Source of the DNA: Steroidobacteraceae bacterium | Lineage (GTDB): Bacteria > Chloroflexota > Limnocylindria > QHBO01 | Length of the DNA stretch: 64,000 bases | Assembly: GCA_025935615.1 (NCBI GenBank) | Contig: JAICUY010000002.1 | Coordinates: 6,605-70,604 of the forward strand | Reading direction: 5' to 3' | Part shown: positions 10,032 through 18,848 of the stretch, piece by piece | Position numbering within the stretch: the first letter of the stretch is position 1 | Layout: the number at the start of each line of letters is the position of its first letter | Position numbers and translations under genes: made by a program | Notes under the pieces: generated by a model | What the model saw: the letters and a program-made list of their open reading frames with translations, nothing else | The model's database searches: none | What the model was told of the DNA's origin: nothing

Positions 10032-10939
10032 CCGCTGCCGCACCGATCCCCGCCGGCCAGGAACTCGACGTCACCTCGACGCGATCGGTCACCACCGTCG
10101 GCCGGCTGGGCGGGACGTCCTGGGGCGTCCACCTCGCGCTGGCGGTGCTGATGATCGTCTGGCTGATCCCCACCATCGGACTGCTGGTGAACTCGTTCCG
10201 ACCGGCACAGGAGGTGGCCAGCAGCGGCTGGTGGAACGGCATCTTCCCGCCGTACGACCTGTCGTTCGACAACTACGTCCAGGTCGTCGACCAGAACGGC
10301 ATCGGCGCCGCGTTCATCAACAGCCTGTTCATCACCATCCCGGCCACGGTGATCCCGATCTTCGTGGCCGCCTTCGCCGCCTACGCCTTCAGCTGGATGG
10401 ACTTCCCGTTCCGCAACATCCTGTTCGTGCTCGTGGTCGGCCTGCTGGTCGTCCCGCTGCAGACGACGTTCATCCCGATCCTGCAGCTGTTCCGCGTCGT
10501 CGACATCAACGGGTCGTTCCTGGCCCTGTGGTTGGCGCACACCGGCTATGGCCTGCCGTTCGCCATCTACCTGCTGCGCAACTTCATGGGCTCGCTTCCG
10601 CGCGAGGTGTTCGAGTCGGCGGCCATCGACGGCGCAAGCCCGGTGACCGCCTTCTTCCGGCTGGCCCTGCCGATGAGCGTGCCGGCCATCGCTGCCCTCG
10701 CCATCTTCCAGTTCCTGTTCGTGTGGAACGACCTGCTGGTGGCGTTGATCTTCATCGGGCCGAACATTTCGAATCAGCCGCTCACGCAGCAGATCGCCGG
10801 ATTGGTCAATTCGCTGGGAGGCGGATGGCAGCTGCTGGGCGCGGCCGCCTTCATCAGCATGGCCCTGCCGCTGGTCGTCTTCTTCAGTCTCCAGCGCTAC
10901 TTCGTGCGCGGCATCGTCGGCGGCTCGGTCAAGGGCTGA
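10028..10939 (+). CDS. Sugar ABC transporter permease 2
   Basis: ESAAIDGA loop, WNDLL, C-terminal QRYFVRGIVGGSVKG. Confidence 0.93.
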   Translation: MTAAAPIPAGQELDVTSTRSVTTVGRLGGTSWGVHLALAVLMIVWLIPTIGLLVNSFRPAQEVASSGWWNGIFPPYDLSFDNYVQVVDQNGIGAAFINSLFITIPATVIPIFVAAFAAYAFSWMDFPFRNILFVLVVGLLVVPLQTTFIPILQLFRVVDINGSFLALWLAHTGYGLPFAIYLLRNFMGSLPREVFESAAIDGASPVTAFFRLALPMSVPAIAALAIFQFLFVWNDLLVALIFIGPNISNQPLTQQIAGLVNSLGGGWQLLGAAAFISMALPLVVFFSLQRYFVRGIVGGSVKG

Positions 10940-10952
10940 GCTGATCGTCGAA

Positions 10953-10979
10953 AGGCCGGCACCGCGATGGTGCCGGCCT
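10953..10979. terminator. Hairpin between convergent genes (probable bidirectional terminator)
   Basis: AGGCCGGCACC-GCGAT-GGTGCCGGCCT perfect 11-bp stem. Confidence 0.7.
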
Positions 10980-10999
10980 CCGTGCTGCCTGGACCGCCG

Positions 11000-11278
11000 C
11001 TAGCCGGTGTAGATGCGGGCCGCCTCGGGCGGCGTGTCGTTGTCGTCACCGTCGACCTCGTCGGCGGTCGTCCCTTCCCGCTCGGCCTCGACCTCATCCT
11101 CGTACGGCTCGGCGCCCGATCCGGTGTAGCGATTGGCGCTGCCACCGGGCGTCGGGCTGAGCGGCTCCCCGGTCGCCTGCTCCTCCGCCTCCTCGACACG
11201 GCGCTCGTGCTGGCTCTGCAGATCCGGATCTGATCCTTCGTCACGGACGATCGAGCCCTCGCTGCCTGACTGGTTCAT
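11000..11278 (-). CDS. Small acidic hydrophilic protein (hydrophilin-like)
   Basis: ATG 11278 with RBS GAGGTGGG; D/E/G/S-rich; upstream sigma54-type motif. Confidence 0.6.
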   Translation of the reverse strand: MNQSGSEGSIVRDEGSDPDLQSQHERRVEEAEEQATGEPLSPTPGGSANRYTGSGAEPYEDEVEAEREGTTADEVDGDDNDTPPEAARIYTG

Positions 11279-11310
11279 GGCTCCCACCTCGTGCTTGGCG
11301 CAGCGTGCGT

Positions 11311-11326
11311 TGCAGGCGGCGCGCCA
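11311..11326 (-). promoter_or_regulatory. sigma54-type -24/-12 promoter
   Basis: TGGCGCGCCGCCTGCA on minus strand, about 33 nt upstream of ATG 11278. Confidence 0.6.
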
Positions 11327-11348
11327 TGCCCGCGCGCAGGCGCATCGG

Positions 11349-12140
11349 TCAAGCCAGGCGGGTCAGGATCTCCTCGCGGTCGAACGCCCAGGCGCCGACG
11401 ACCAGCACCAGTCCGATCAGCCCGCTCACCAGGAAGTCGCCGAGGATGACCTGGCCCATGTCGAAGGTCGGCTGGCCGCCGAAGAACTGGGCCACCGCGA
11501 CCGCGATGATCGGGATCACCACGAAGCCGCCGATCTGCTGGGCGGTGCGCGGATCGTTGACCCGGGCGCTGACCACGATCCCCAGCAGCACGCTGAAGAT
11601 GCAGATCAGCGGCACCAGCGTGACCATGGCCACCAGCCAGACCTCGCTGAAGACCAGCACCGTGAGGCGATGGTCGGCAATTGCGCCGTTGACGAGGCCA
11701 TAGAGCGCGAAGACGCCCCAGGTCGCGGTCACTGCCGGCAGCGCCGCGGCCAGCGTCTTGCCGGCCAGCAGCTCCGACACCTCCATCGGCGTGGCCAGCT
11801 GCGGTTCGAGCGAGCGCGACACCTTCTCGCCGATGACTGACTGCGTGGCGATGGCCATCGGCACCATGGCCGGGATCAACAGGAAGTAGGCCATGAAGTT
11901 GGTGACGATGAAGCCCTGCGCGGCAAGCTTGGCCGGCAGGTCCGGGAAGTTGGAGATGTACTGCTCGATCTGGCCCAGCTGCTTGGGATCGAGGTCGTTC
12001 ACCTGGATGAAGGCAACCAGGCCGGTCGGAATGGCGGCGAACACCAGCGCCGGCAGCCACACGGCGCCGAGCAGCAGCCGGTTGCTGAGCAGGTCACGCC
12101 ACTCCTTGCTGAAGACGGCCCACACGTATCCCGGACGCAT
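11349..12140 (-). CDS. ABC-2 type exporter permease
   Basis: SVIGEKVSRSLEPQLATP...LLAGK motif, about 6 TMs. Confidence 0.88.
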   Translation of the reverse strand: MRPGYVWAVFSKEWRDLLSNRLLLGAVWLPALVFAAIPTGLVAFIQVNDLDPKQLGQIEQYISNFPDLPAKLAAQGFIVTNFMAYFLLIPAMVPMAIATQSVIGEKVSRSLEPQLATPMEVSELLAGKTLAAALPAVTATWGVFALYGLVNGAIADHRLTVLVFSEVWLVAMVTLVPLICIFSVLLGIVVSARVNDPRTAQQIGGFVVIPIIAVAVAQFFGGQPTFDMGQVILGDFLVSGLIGLVLVVGAWAFDREEILTRLA

Positions 12141-13090
12141 CAGCTGGCCGGCTCCCCCACCAGCTGCAGGTACACCTCCTCCAGTGAGGCACTCTCCTCC
12201 CGGACCGATACGATCCGCGCGCCATCCTGGACCAGCGCGCTGACCAGGTCAGGGTTGTCGCCCGTCGGATCCCGCATCTCGACGCGCAGGACGTGATCGT
12301 CGGCCTGCGCTCCCAGCACGAACGGCAGGGCTGCCAGGGTGCTCAGGAACGATTCCGCGTCGCGTGCGCCGCCAAGCTCGACGCGGGTGCTCGCGCGACC
12401 GTCGTGCCGTCGAAGCGCCGCCGGCGTGTCGACCCGCAGCAGCGTGCCGCGCATGACGCCGATGCGATCGCACAAGCGCTCGGCCTCGTCGAGGTTGTGG
12501 GTGCAGATCACGATCGATCGCCCCAGGCTGCGCAGGCCTCCGACGAAGTCGCGCACGGTCTTCGCGGCCGAGGGATCCAGGCCCGAGGTCGGCTCGTCGA
12601 GATAGATGACCTCCGGCTCGTGGAGCAGAGCCCGCGCGATGGCGACCTTCTGGCGCATTCCCTTGCTGAAGCCACCGACGCGCCGGTCGGCGGCGTACGC
12701 CAGCCCGACCACGCCCAGGTAGCGGTCGACGGCGTCGGCCAGCGGACTGCCGCGCAGGCCGTAGAGGCGACCGTAGTAGGCGAGGTTCTGGCGCGCGGTC
12801 AGCTTGTCGTGCAGCCCCGGGCTCTCGGTCAGGATGCCGCTCATGGCGCGGATCGCCTGGGTGTGGCGGCCCAGCCGCTGGCCGTTGACGGTCGCCTCTC
12901 CCGCACTCGGACCGATCAAGCCGGCCAGCATGCGAACGGTCGTCGTCTTGCCGGCGCCATTCGGACCCAGCAGCCCGAAGATCTCGCCGTCGGCCACGCT
13001 GAACGTGAGATCGTGCACGGCGGTCAGCGCGCCGAAGCGCTTGGTCAGGCCTTCGACAGCGATCACGAGCGAGTCGGCGTCAACATGCAA
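12140..13090 (-). CDS. ABC exporter ATP-binding protein (start uncertain, possibly GTG 13066)
   Basis: GPNGAGKTT, FSKGMRQK, LDEPTSGLD. Confidence 0.92.
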   Translation of the reverse strand: MHVDADSLVIAVEGLTKRFGALTAVHDLTFSVADGEIFGLLGPNGAGKTTTVRMLAGLIGPSAGEATVNGQRLGRHTQAIRAMSGILTESPGLHDKLTARQNLAYYGRLYGLRGSPLADAVDRYLGVVGLAYAADRRVGGFSKGMRQKVAIARALLHEPEVIYLDEPTSGLDPSAAKTVRDFVGGLRSLGRSIVICTHNLDEAERLCDRIGVMRGTLLRVDTPAALRRHDGRASTRVELGGARDAESFLSTLAALPFVLGAQADDHVLRVEMRDPTGDNPDLVSALVQDGARIVSVREESASLEEVYLQLVGEPAS

Positions 13091-13186
13091 TGGATCATGG
13101 GCTGCCAGGGCATGCTACCCACAACGCTGCCGGCGCGCGTACGCGGGAGCAAGCCGGCGGTGCATGCCCGCAACTACCATGCGCTC

Positions 13187-13726
13187 ATGCCAGATCGGAC
13201 ACTCGGCAGCCGCCGCATCTTCGAGGGCCGCGTCTTCACCGTCCGCGTCGACGACGTCGAGCTCGAGAGCGGCCGCCGCTCGACGCGTGAGGTGGTCGAG
13301 CATCCCGGTGCCGTCGGGATCCTGGCCTGGGACGGCGAGCGGCTGGCCTTCGTCAGCCAGTGGCGCCAGCCGGCGGCACGTGACCTGCTCGAGATCCCGG
13401 CCGGGACACTCGATCCGGGCGAGCGGCCCGATGCCACGGCCCGGCGAGAGCTGGCCGAGGAGATGGGCGTCGCCGCCGCGCACTGGGAGGCCGGCCCCGC
13501 CTTTTTCACCGCGCCCGGCTTCTGCAGCGAGCACCTATCGCTGTTCCTGGCCACCGACCTCTCCGAGCAGGCCGATGCGCACGCGGACGACGACGAGGCG
13601 ATCACCCGATCCTGGCTGACCCTCGACGAGGCGCTGGCCGCGATCGACGACCGGCGCATCGCCGATGCCAAGACCATCGCGGGCGTCCTGTGGCTGGCGC
13701 GCCGGTTGCGTATCGGTAGCGCGTGA
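13187..13726 (+). CDS. NUDIX hydrolase (ADP-ribose pyrophosphatase-like)
   Basis: PAGTLDPGERPDATARRELAEEMG Nudix box; REVVEHPGAV; TACCAT 6 nt before ATG 13187. Confidence 0.9.
   Translation: MPDRTLGSRRIFEGRVFTVRVDDVELESGRRSTREVVEHPGAVGILAWDGERLAFVSQWRQPAARDLLEIPAGTLDPGERPDATARRELAEEMGVAAAHWEAGPAFFTAPGFCSEHLSLFLATDLSEQADAHADDDEAITRSWLTLDEALAAIDDRRIADAKTIAGVLWLARRLRIGSA
13695..13710 (+). promoter_or_regulatory. sigma54-type promoter inside NUDIX 3' end, upstream of topoisomerase IB
   Basis: TGGCGCGCCGGTTGCG; GTG 13723 is 14 nt after the -12 C. Confidence 0.6.
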
Positions 13727-14841
13727 TCGAGCGCCTGGATCCCGAGGACTCCGCTGAAGAAGCAGGCCTGCGCTACGTCAGCGATGAGATGCCCGGCATT
13801 CGCCGCAGGCGCGCCGGCCGGGGCTGGAGCTATCTGGACGCCGACGGCAACCGCGTCACCGACCCCGCCCGGCTGGCCTGGTTCAAGCGGCTGGCGATCC
13901 CGCCGGCCTGGACCGACGTCTGGATTTGCCCCATCAAGCGTGGTCACCTCCAGGCCACCGGCCGCGATGCGCGCGGGCGCAAGGTGTACCGCTACCACCC
14001 GCGCTGGCGTGACGTGCGCGACGAGGCGAAGTACGGCCGCCTGATTGACTTCGGCAAGGCCCTGCCGCTCATCCGCCGGCGAGTTGCGAAGGACCTGCGA
14101 CGGCGCGGATTGCCGCGCGAGAAGGTGCTTGCCGCGGTTGTGGCGCTGTTGGAGAAGACGAGCATCCGGGTCGGCAACGAGGAATACGCGCGCGAGAACC
14201 GGTCATTCGGGCTGACCACCATGCGCGACCGGCACGCCAGGATCGAGGCCGGCAAGATCCGCTTCCGCTTCCGTGGAAAGTCGGGAAAGCAGCACGAGGT
14301 GCCCATCATCGACCGCCGCCTGGCCGGCATCGTGCGGCGTTGCCAGGAGCTGCCGGGCCAGGAGCTGTTCCAGTACGTCGACGAGGACGGCGAGCAGCGC
14401 AGCGTCGACTCCACCGACGTCAACGGCTACATCCGCGACATCTCGGGCGCCGACTTCACCGCTAAGGACTTCCGCACGTGGCGTGGCACGGTCCTCGCCG
14501 CCTGGGCGCTGAAGGAGTTCGAGGAGGTCGACTCGCAGGCGCAGGCCAAGAAGAACGTGGTGCGCGCGGTGGAGCAGGTCGCCGGCGCGCTGGGCAACAC
14601 GCCGGCCGTGTCGCGCCGGTCGTACGTCGATCCGCGCGTCATCGATGCGTACCTGGACGGCAACGTGGTGCGCGAGACGCGCAAGGCGGCCGACCGGGCG
14701 ATCGGTGAGTCACTCGCCGAGCTGACTCCCGAAGAGGCGGCGGTGCTCGTCCTGCTCCGGCAGCGCCTGCGCGAGGAGGAGAAGGCGCAGCGCGGACGCC
14801 GGGGTCAAGCGGCCTCGAGCCGGCCCAGGGCGCGCCGGTAG
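13723..14841 (+). CDS. Bacterial DNA topoisomerase IB
   Basis: LAIPPAWTDVWIC, GRDARGRK.YRYH, IRVGNEEY, GKSGK, AKDFRTW, LGNTPAVSRRSYVDP (catalytic Tyr). Confidence 0.95.
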   Translation: MIERLDPEDSAEEAGLRYVSDEMPGIRRRRAGRGWSYLDADGNRVTDPARLAWFKRLAIPPAWTDVWICPIKRGHLQATGRDARGRKVYRYHPRWRDVRDEAKYGRLIDFGKALPLIRRRVAKDLRRRGLPREKVLAAVVALLEKTSIRVGNEEYARENRSFGLTTMRDRHARIEAGKIRFRFRGKSGKQHEVPIIDRRLAGIVRRCQELPGQELFQYVDEDGEQRSVDSTDVNGYIRDISGADFTAKDFRTWRGTVLAAWALKEFEEVDSQAQAKKNVVRAVEQVAGALGNTPAVSRRSYVDPRVIDAYLDGNVVRETRKAADRAIGESLAELTPEEAAVLVLLRQRLREEEKAQRGRRGQAASSRPRARR

Positions 14842-15176
14842 TCCTCGTTCTGCGGTCGGAGCGCCACGGCCAGCTTCAGGTGACGGCGCGCCGCATCGGT
14901 CTCACCCAGTCGGCGATAGGCCAGGCCGAGCGCGAAATGGCTGTAGTGCGCCACCGGGTCGCGGTCGACGATCTGGCGGAAGCGGTCGGCGGCGAGCTCC
15001 AGCTGGCCCTGGTTGTAGTAGGCACGGCCCAGTGCCTCGAGGATCGACGCCTTGCCGGGTTCGAGCCGTGCGGCTCGCTCGAGGACGACGGCCGCGGCAC
15101 CCGGATGGTGCTCCGCCAGCAATCGCGAGCCGCGCCGGAACAGCTCGTAGGCCGACTCCCGCTCGCCTGGTTCCAT
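14805..15176 (-). CDS. Tetratricopeptide repeat protein
   Basis: Three TPR-like repeats (EALGRAYYNQG, HFALGLAY); start taken at ATG 15176. Confidence 0.8.
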   Translation of the reverse strand: MEPGERESAYELFRRGSRLLAEHHPGAAAVVLERAARLEPGKASILEALGRAYYNQGQLELAADRFRQIVDRDPVAHYSHFALGLAYRRLGETDAARRHLKLAVALRPQNEDYRRALGRLEAA

Positions 15177-15207
15177 GCCCGCCAGCCCTTGCCAGACCGA
15201 TGCCGGA

Positions 15208-16263
15208 TCAGGCGTCGAGGTCGATCCGCTCGAGTCGCGGATTGTCGGTGCGCCCGGGGATCCGCCCGCGCTTGGCGATCGGGCGGCCATCGATCTCCTT
15301 CAGGTCGCCGGTGAAGTCGACCGGGCTGGCATCCGAGATGGCGGAGCCGACCGCGAACGAGTCGACCGGGGCCCCGGCCTCCTTGAAGTAGGTGATCCGG
15401 TCGGCATCGAGGCCGCCCGAGACGACGATCCGCACGTTGGGGTGGCCTGCCAGGTCGAGCCGCGCCCGGACCTCCTTGACCAGGTCGGCAGTGACGCGGC
15501 CGCGCTCGCTGGGCGTGTCGAGGCGCACGCCCCAGAGCCGCTCGCCGAGGGCGTCGGCGACGCGGACCGATTCCTCGGCCTCGTCCTTGAAGGTGTCGAC
15601 CAGGGCGATCCGCGGCACGTCCGGATCGATGTGCCGGTCGAACGCCTCGACCGCGCGGACGGTGTCGCCGAAGATCAGGATCAGCGCGTGCGGCATGGTC
15701 CCGGTCGGCGCCAGGCCGGCCATCCGCGCGCCGGCTGGGGTGGACGCGCCGATGCAGCCGCCGACCACGCTCGCATAGTCCATCTGATCGGCGACGGACG
15801 GATGCACGTGCCGCGCGCCGAAGCCGATGACCGGGATGGGAGCCGCCACGTCGACGATGTGCCGAGCCGCTGTGGCCCAGCCCGTCGACTGAGCCAGGAT
15901 GCCGAGGATGGCCGTCTCGTACAGGCCGAAGGCGGAGTAGCGCGCGCTGATGCGCATCACGACCTCCTTGCGGCTGATGGCATCACCGTCGTGCAGCGAC
16001 TCGACCAGCGGCTGGTGGTCGAAGCGCTTGCCGTTGCCCAGGATCTCGCGCAGGTAGGCCAGGGACTCCTCGGCACCGCACAGGATGGCATCGGCCCGCG
16101 CGAAGATCTCCATGGTGACGATCGGGTCGAGATGCTCCGCCCGGAGGATGGCGGCGGTGCGCTCGAAATAGATGTCGGCCGTCTCGCCGGACAGCACGTC
16201 AGCGGCCGGCTCGAATCGCGGCGTGGCCGGGGCCGGCTTGCTCACTGCCTGGTCAATCGACAT
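15208..16263 (-). CDS. pncB: Nicotinate phosphoribosyltransferase (QAPRTase-like type)
   Basis: TADIYF, FGARH, GTMPHAL, LVDTF, GVRLDTPSER, SGG. Confidence 0.88.
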   Translation of the reverse strand: MSIDQAVSKPAPATPRFEPAADVLSGETADIYFERTAAILRAEHLDPIVTMEIFARADAILCGAEESLAYLREILGNGKRFDHQPLVESLHDGDAISRKEVVMRISARYSAFGLYETAILGILAQSTGWATAARHIVDVAAPIPVIGFGARHVHPSVADQMDYASVVGGCIGASTPAGARMAGLAPTGTMPHALILIFGDTVRAVEAFDRHIDPDVPRIALVDTFKDEAEESVRVADALGERLWGVRLDTPSERGRVTADLVKEVRARLDLAGHPNVRIVVSGGLDADRITYFKEAGAPVDSFAVGSAISDASPVDFTGDLKEIDGRPIAKRGRIPGRTDNPRLERIDLDA

Positions 16264-18229
16264 TGGCGGTCAGTGTACGACGGCGACGCAGCAGATAGCC
16301 CGTGGCAGCCAGGCCGACGAGGACGATGATCCCCGCGCTCACCAGCCGCAGTGTTCCGCTGGTGCTGGCCGACTCGAGGGCGAGCCGGGCCTGCGCCGTG
16401 GCGTCGGCCGCGCCACGCAGGTCGCCGTCGGCGAAGCGCCCGTGCGCCTCGGCCAGCAGCGCGTCCGGAGCCGGCGAGCCGAGCTGGCCGACGCGCTCGA
16501 CGAACGAGCGGCCCCCGGCGGCGCGATCGAGCACGTCGCGATAGTCGTCGACCACCGCGCGCTCGGCCTGCAGCTCGACCCGCGCGTCGCTGCCGCCGCC
16601 GGCGACGTCGTACGCGTCGCGCAGCCGCTGCGGGGTCGAAAGGCCGGCGCCGTCGATGGCCGCCAGCAGCTCGTCCCGGTCCCCAAGCCAGGACATCGCC
16701 GCAGCGATCTGCTGCGCGGCGTCGTCGAAGCTCCACGCCGCCATCGCGCGGCGCACGGGCTCAGGCGCTCCCCAGTCGCCGGCTGCGGTGAGCAACTCGT
16801 CGTAGGAGCGGCGGGCCTGGTTGCGCTGGTCGAGCAGCGCGTCGGAAGCATCTCCGAAGACGGTGGATCGGAATTCGTCGGCGAGATCGCGGCCGCTGAC
16901 GGCCTCGAGCTGATCGAGCAGCGTGCGCGAGTCGAGGGGAGTGCGCGCGTCCAGGGGCGCGACCGGCCCTGCGGCCGGGCCTGGCGCCGCGACGACCGGG
17001 TCGTAGGCGCCGATCCCCTGTCTCGTGCGCTGCAGGACCGCGCGCAGCGCATTTCCGCCGGCCTTGGCTGCGACGCGTTCCATCAGGTCCCACGAGGCCG
17101 GATAGCCGTACGCGGCGTCACTCGGCGGGCTGTCGCTCGTCCACTCCTCGAGGGCGAAGGCATCGTCGCGCTGGCGACCAGCCTCGGCGGCCGGCGCGTA
17201 CGGACGGCTGACATCGAGCCGGCGGGCCACCTGCGCCGCAACGTACGAGGCATACCCCTCCCGGATCCAGCGGTCGCCGACGAGGTCCGTTCCGAGCCAG
17301 ACGTGCGCGGCCTGGTGGAGCACGGTGAACGGTGGCTGGTCGAAGGCCACCTGCAGCTCCTGGCCCGAGCCGCCGGCCTCCGTGAGCGGCGACGCGACCG
17401 ACGGCACCGCCTCGCTGACCACCAGCGGGCCGACCCCGCTGTACGGCAACCCGATCGCCTGCTCGAGCGCCGGCAGCGCGCGGGCCAGCAGGTTCAGGGT
17501 GCGCCGGCCCCACGCCGCGTCGTCGCTCCAGGACCTGATGGTGAGGTCGACGGTGCCGCCGTCGAGCGGGACCGTGCGCGACAGGCTGCGCATCTCCGTC
17601 TGGCGATTGGCGGTCACGACGGCCAGCCAGCGCTGCGGCTCGCCGATCGTGCCGCTGGTGAGGGCAGTCTGATCGCCGTCTCGCTCTGCGCGCAGCGGAT
17701 CGCCGTCGGCGCTGACCTCGTAGCTCGACGGCAGCTCGACGCGCACCTCGCTGCGCGTCCCGAAGCTCCACACCGGAAAGACGACCACCGACGGGCGAAC
17801 CCGGATATCGTCCTCGCCGCCGTCGCGCAGCGTGTAGGTCAACGTGAAGCGTGCGGTGCGGCCGAAACGGAGCGGCCGCCGCAGCTCCACCGTCGCCACG
17901 TTGACGCGGTCGCCGTCCGAGCCGGCGCGTCGCCTGACGCTGACGTCGAGGCGGCCCTTGGCGTCGCGAGCCCTGACGGCTGCGGCTGCGTCGTGGACGG
18001 CAATCGGAACGTCGGTGAAGACGCTGAACTGGCCGGATGGGTTCGGGGTCCGGTTCGTGAAGCGGCCGTCGATGGTCACCTTGATCTCGCGGGCGTCAGG
18101 CTCGACCTGGTAGCGCGCCTCCGTCTCCAGCGCATAGCGCTCGGCGGCGCGCGCCGGTGCTGGCTCCCCGAGTGACACCAGCCCGCTGGCCAGGATGACC
18201 AGGCCGAGGAGCGCTGCCAGGCGCCTCAT
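16253..18229 (-). CDS. Secreted, C-terminally anchored gluzincin (M1-like) fold protein with HQxxH motif
   Basis: Signal peptide; LHQAAHVW...WIREGYASY; C-terminal TM plus RRRR. Confidence 0.7.
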   Translation of the reverse strand: MRRLAALLGLVILASGLVSLGEPAPARAAERYALETEARYQVEPDAREIKVTIDGRFTNRTPNPSGQFSVFTDVPIAVHDAAAAVRARDAKGRLDVSVRRRAGSDGDRVNVATVELRRPLRFGRTARFTLTYTLRDGGEDDIRVRPSVVVFPVWSFGTRSEVRVELPSSYEVSADGDPLRAERDGDQTALTSGTIGEPQRWLAVVTANRQTEMRSLSRTVPLDGGTVDLTIRSWSDDAAWGRRTLNLLARALPALEQAIGLPYSGVGPLVVSEAVPSVASPLTEAGGSGQELQVAFDQPPFTVLHQAAHVWLGTDLVGDRWIREGYASYVAAQVARRLDVSRPYAPAAEAGRQRDDAFALEEWTSDSPPSDAAYGYPASWDLMERVAAKAGGNALRAVLQRTRQGIGAYDPVVAAPGPAAGPVAPLDARTPLDSRTLLDQLEAVSGRDLADEFRSTVFGDASDALLDQRNQARRSYDELLTAAGDWGAPEPVRRAMAAWSFDDAAQQIAAAMSWLGDRDELLAAIDGAGLSTPQRLRDAYDVAGGGSDARVELQAERAVVDDYRDVLDRAAGGRSFVERVGQLGSPAPDALLAEAHGRFADGDLRGAADATAQARLALESASTSGTLRLVSAGIIVLVGLAATGYLLRRRRTLTANVD

Positions 18230-18254
18230 CGGCTGCCGAGAGGCCGCGAGGCGC

Positions 18255-18848
18255 TCATCGGCCGCCGAGAAGCCGCGTGATCAATCCCCGGCGCCGTACC
18301 CGGGGAACCGGCGCGGACCAGTCGGGCATCTCGGACTCGACCTCGGCCCGATACCTCGCCAGCAGCAGCGGATTGCGCGACTGGCGTTCGCTCCAGTCGG
18401 GCAGGGCGCCGCGATCGGCGACGGCGGCAGCAGTCTCCTCGAGGAGCCGGTCGGCGGTGACCGCCAGCCGGACGAGGCCGCGGCCGACCGCGTCGCGGCT
18501 CACCGCATCGGTGGGTAGCTCGGTCATCAACATCGGGCGGTCGTCATCGGTCAGGGCGAACTTGAGGTGGGGGTAGTCGAAGTTGGCGCGGAGCATCCGA
18601 ACATGGGTCTTCTTCGGGATCTCCATCGCTTCCAGCCCGTAGTATGCCCACAGCCCGAGGCCGACGCCCGTCACCCAGGCGAGCGTGACGCGCATGTCGA
18701 AGCGGCGCTCGCCGTCGATCACCACGTCACGGCTGAAGGCCGCGTCGTCCAATGCCCCGGCGGCACCCACGACCTCGAGCCCGAGCTCGGCCAGCCAGGC
18801 GTCGATCGGCGGCGCCGGCGTATCGGTCCGGGCCGCCTCAGCTTCCAT
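18255..18848 (-). CDS. YbjN-like domain protein
   Basis: MLRANFDYPHLKFAL segment resembles YbjN/T3SS-chaperone fold; ATG 18848 overlaps glgC end. Confidence 0.65.
   Translation of the reverse strand: MEAEAARTDTPAPPIDAWLAELGLEVVGAAGALDDAAFSRDVVIDGERRFDMRVTLAWVTGVGLGLWAYYGLEAMEIPKKTHVRMLRANFDYPHLKFALTDDDRPMLMTELPTDAVSRDAVGRGLVRLAVTADRLLEETAAAVADRGALPDWSERQSRNPLLLARYRAEVESEMPDWSAPVPRVRRRGLITRLLGGR

Noticed and set aside
13723..14841. Tyrosine recombinase or mobile element
   Set aside because: Motifs match bacterial topoisomerase IB; no att-like repeats or cargo genes, and composition is native.
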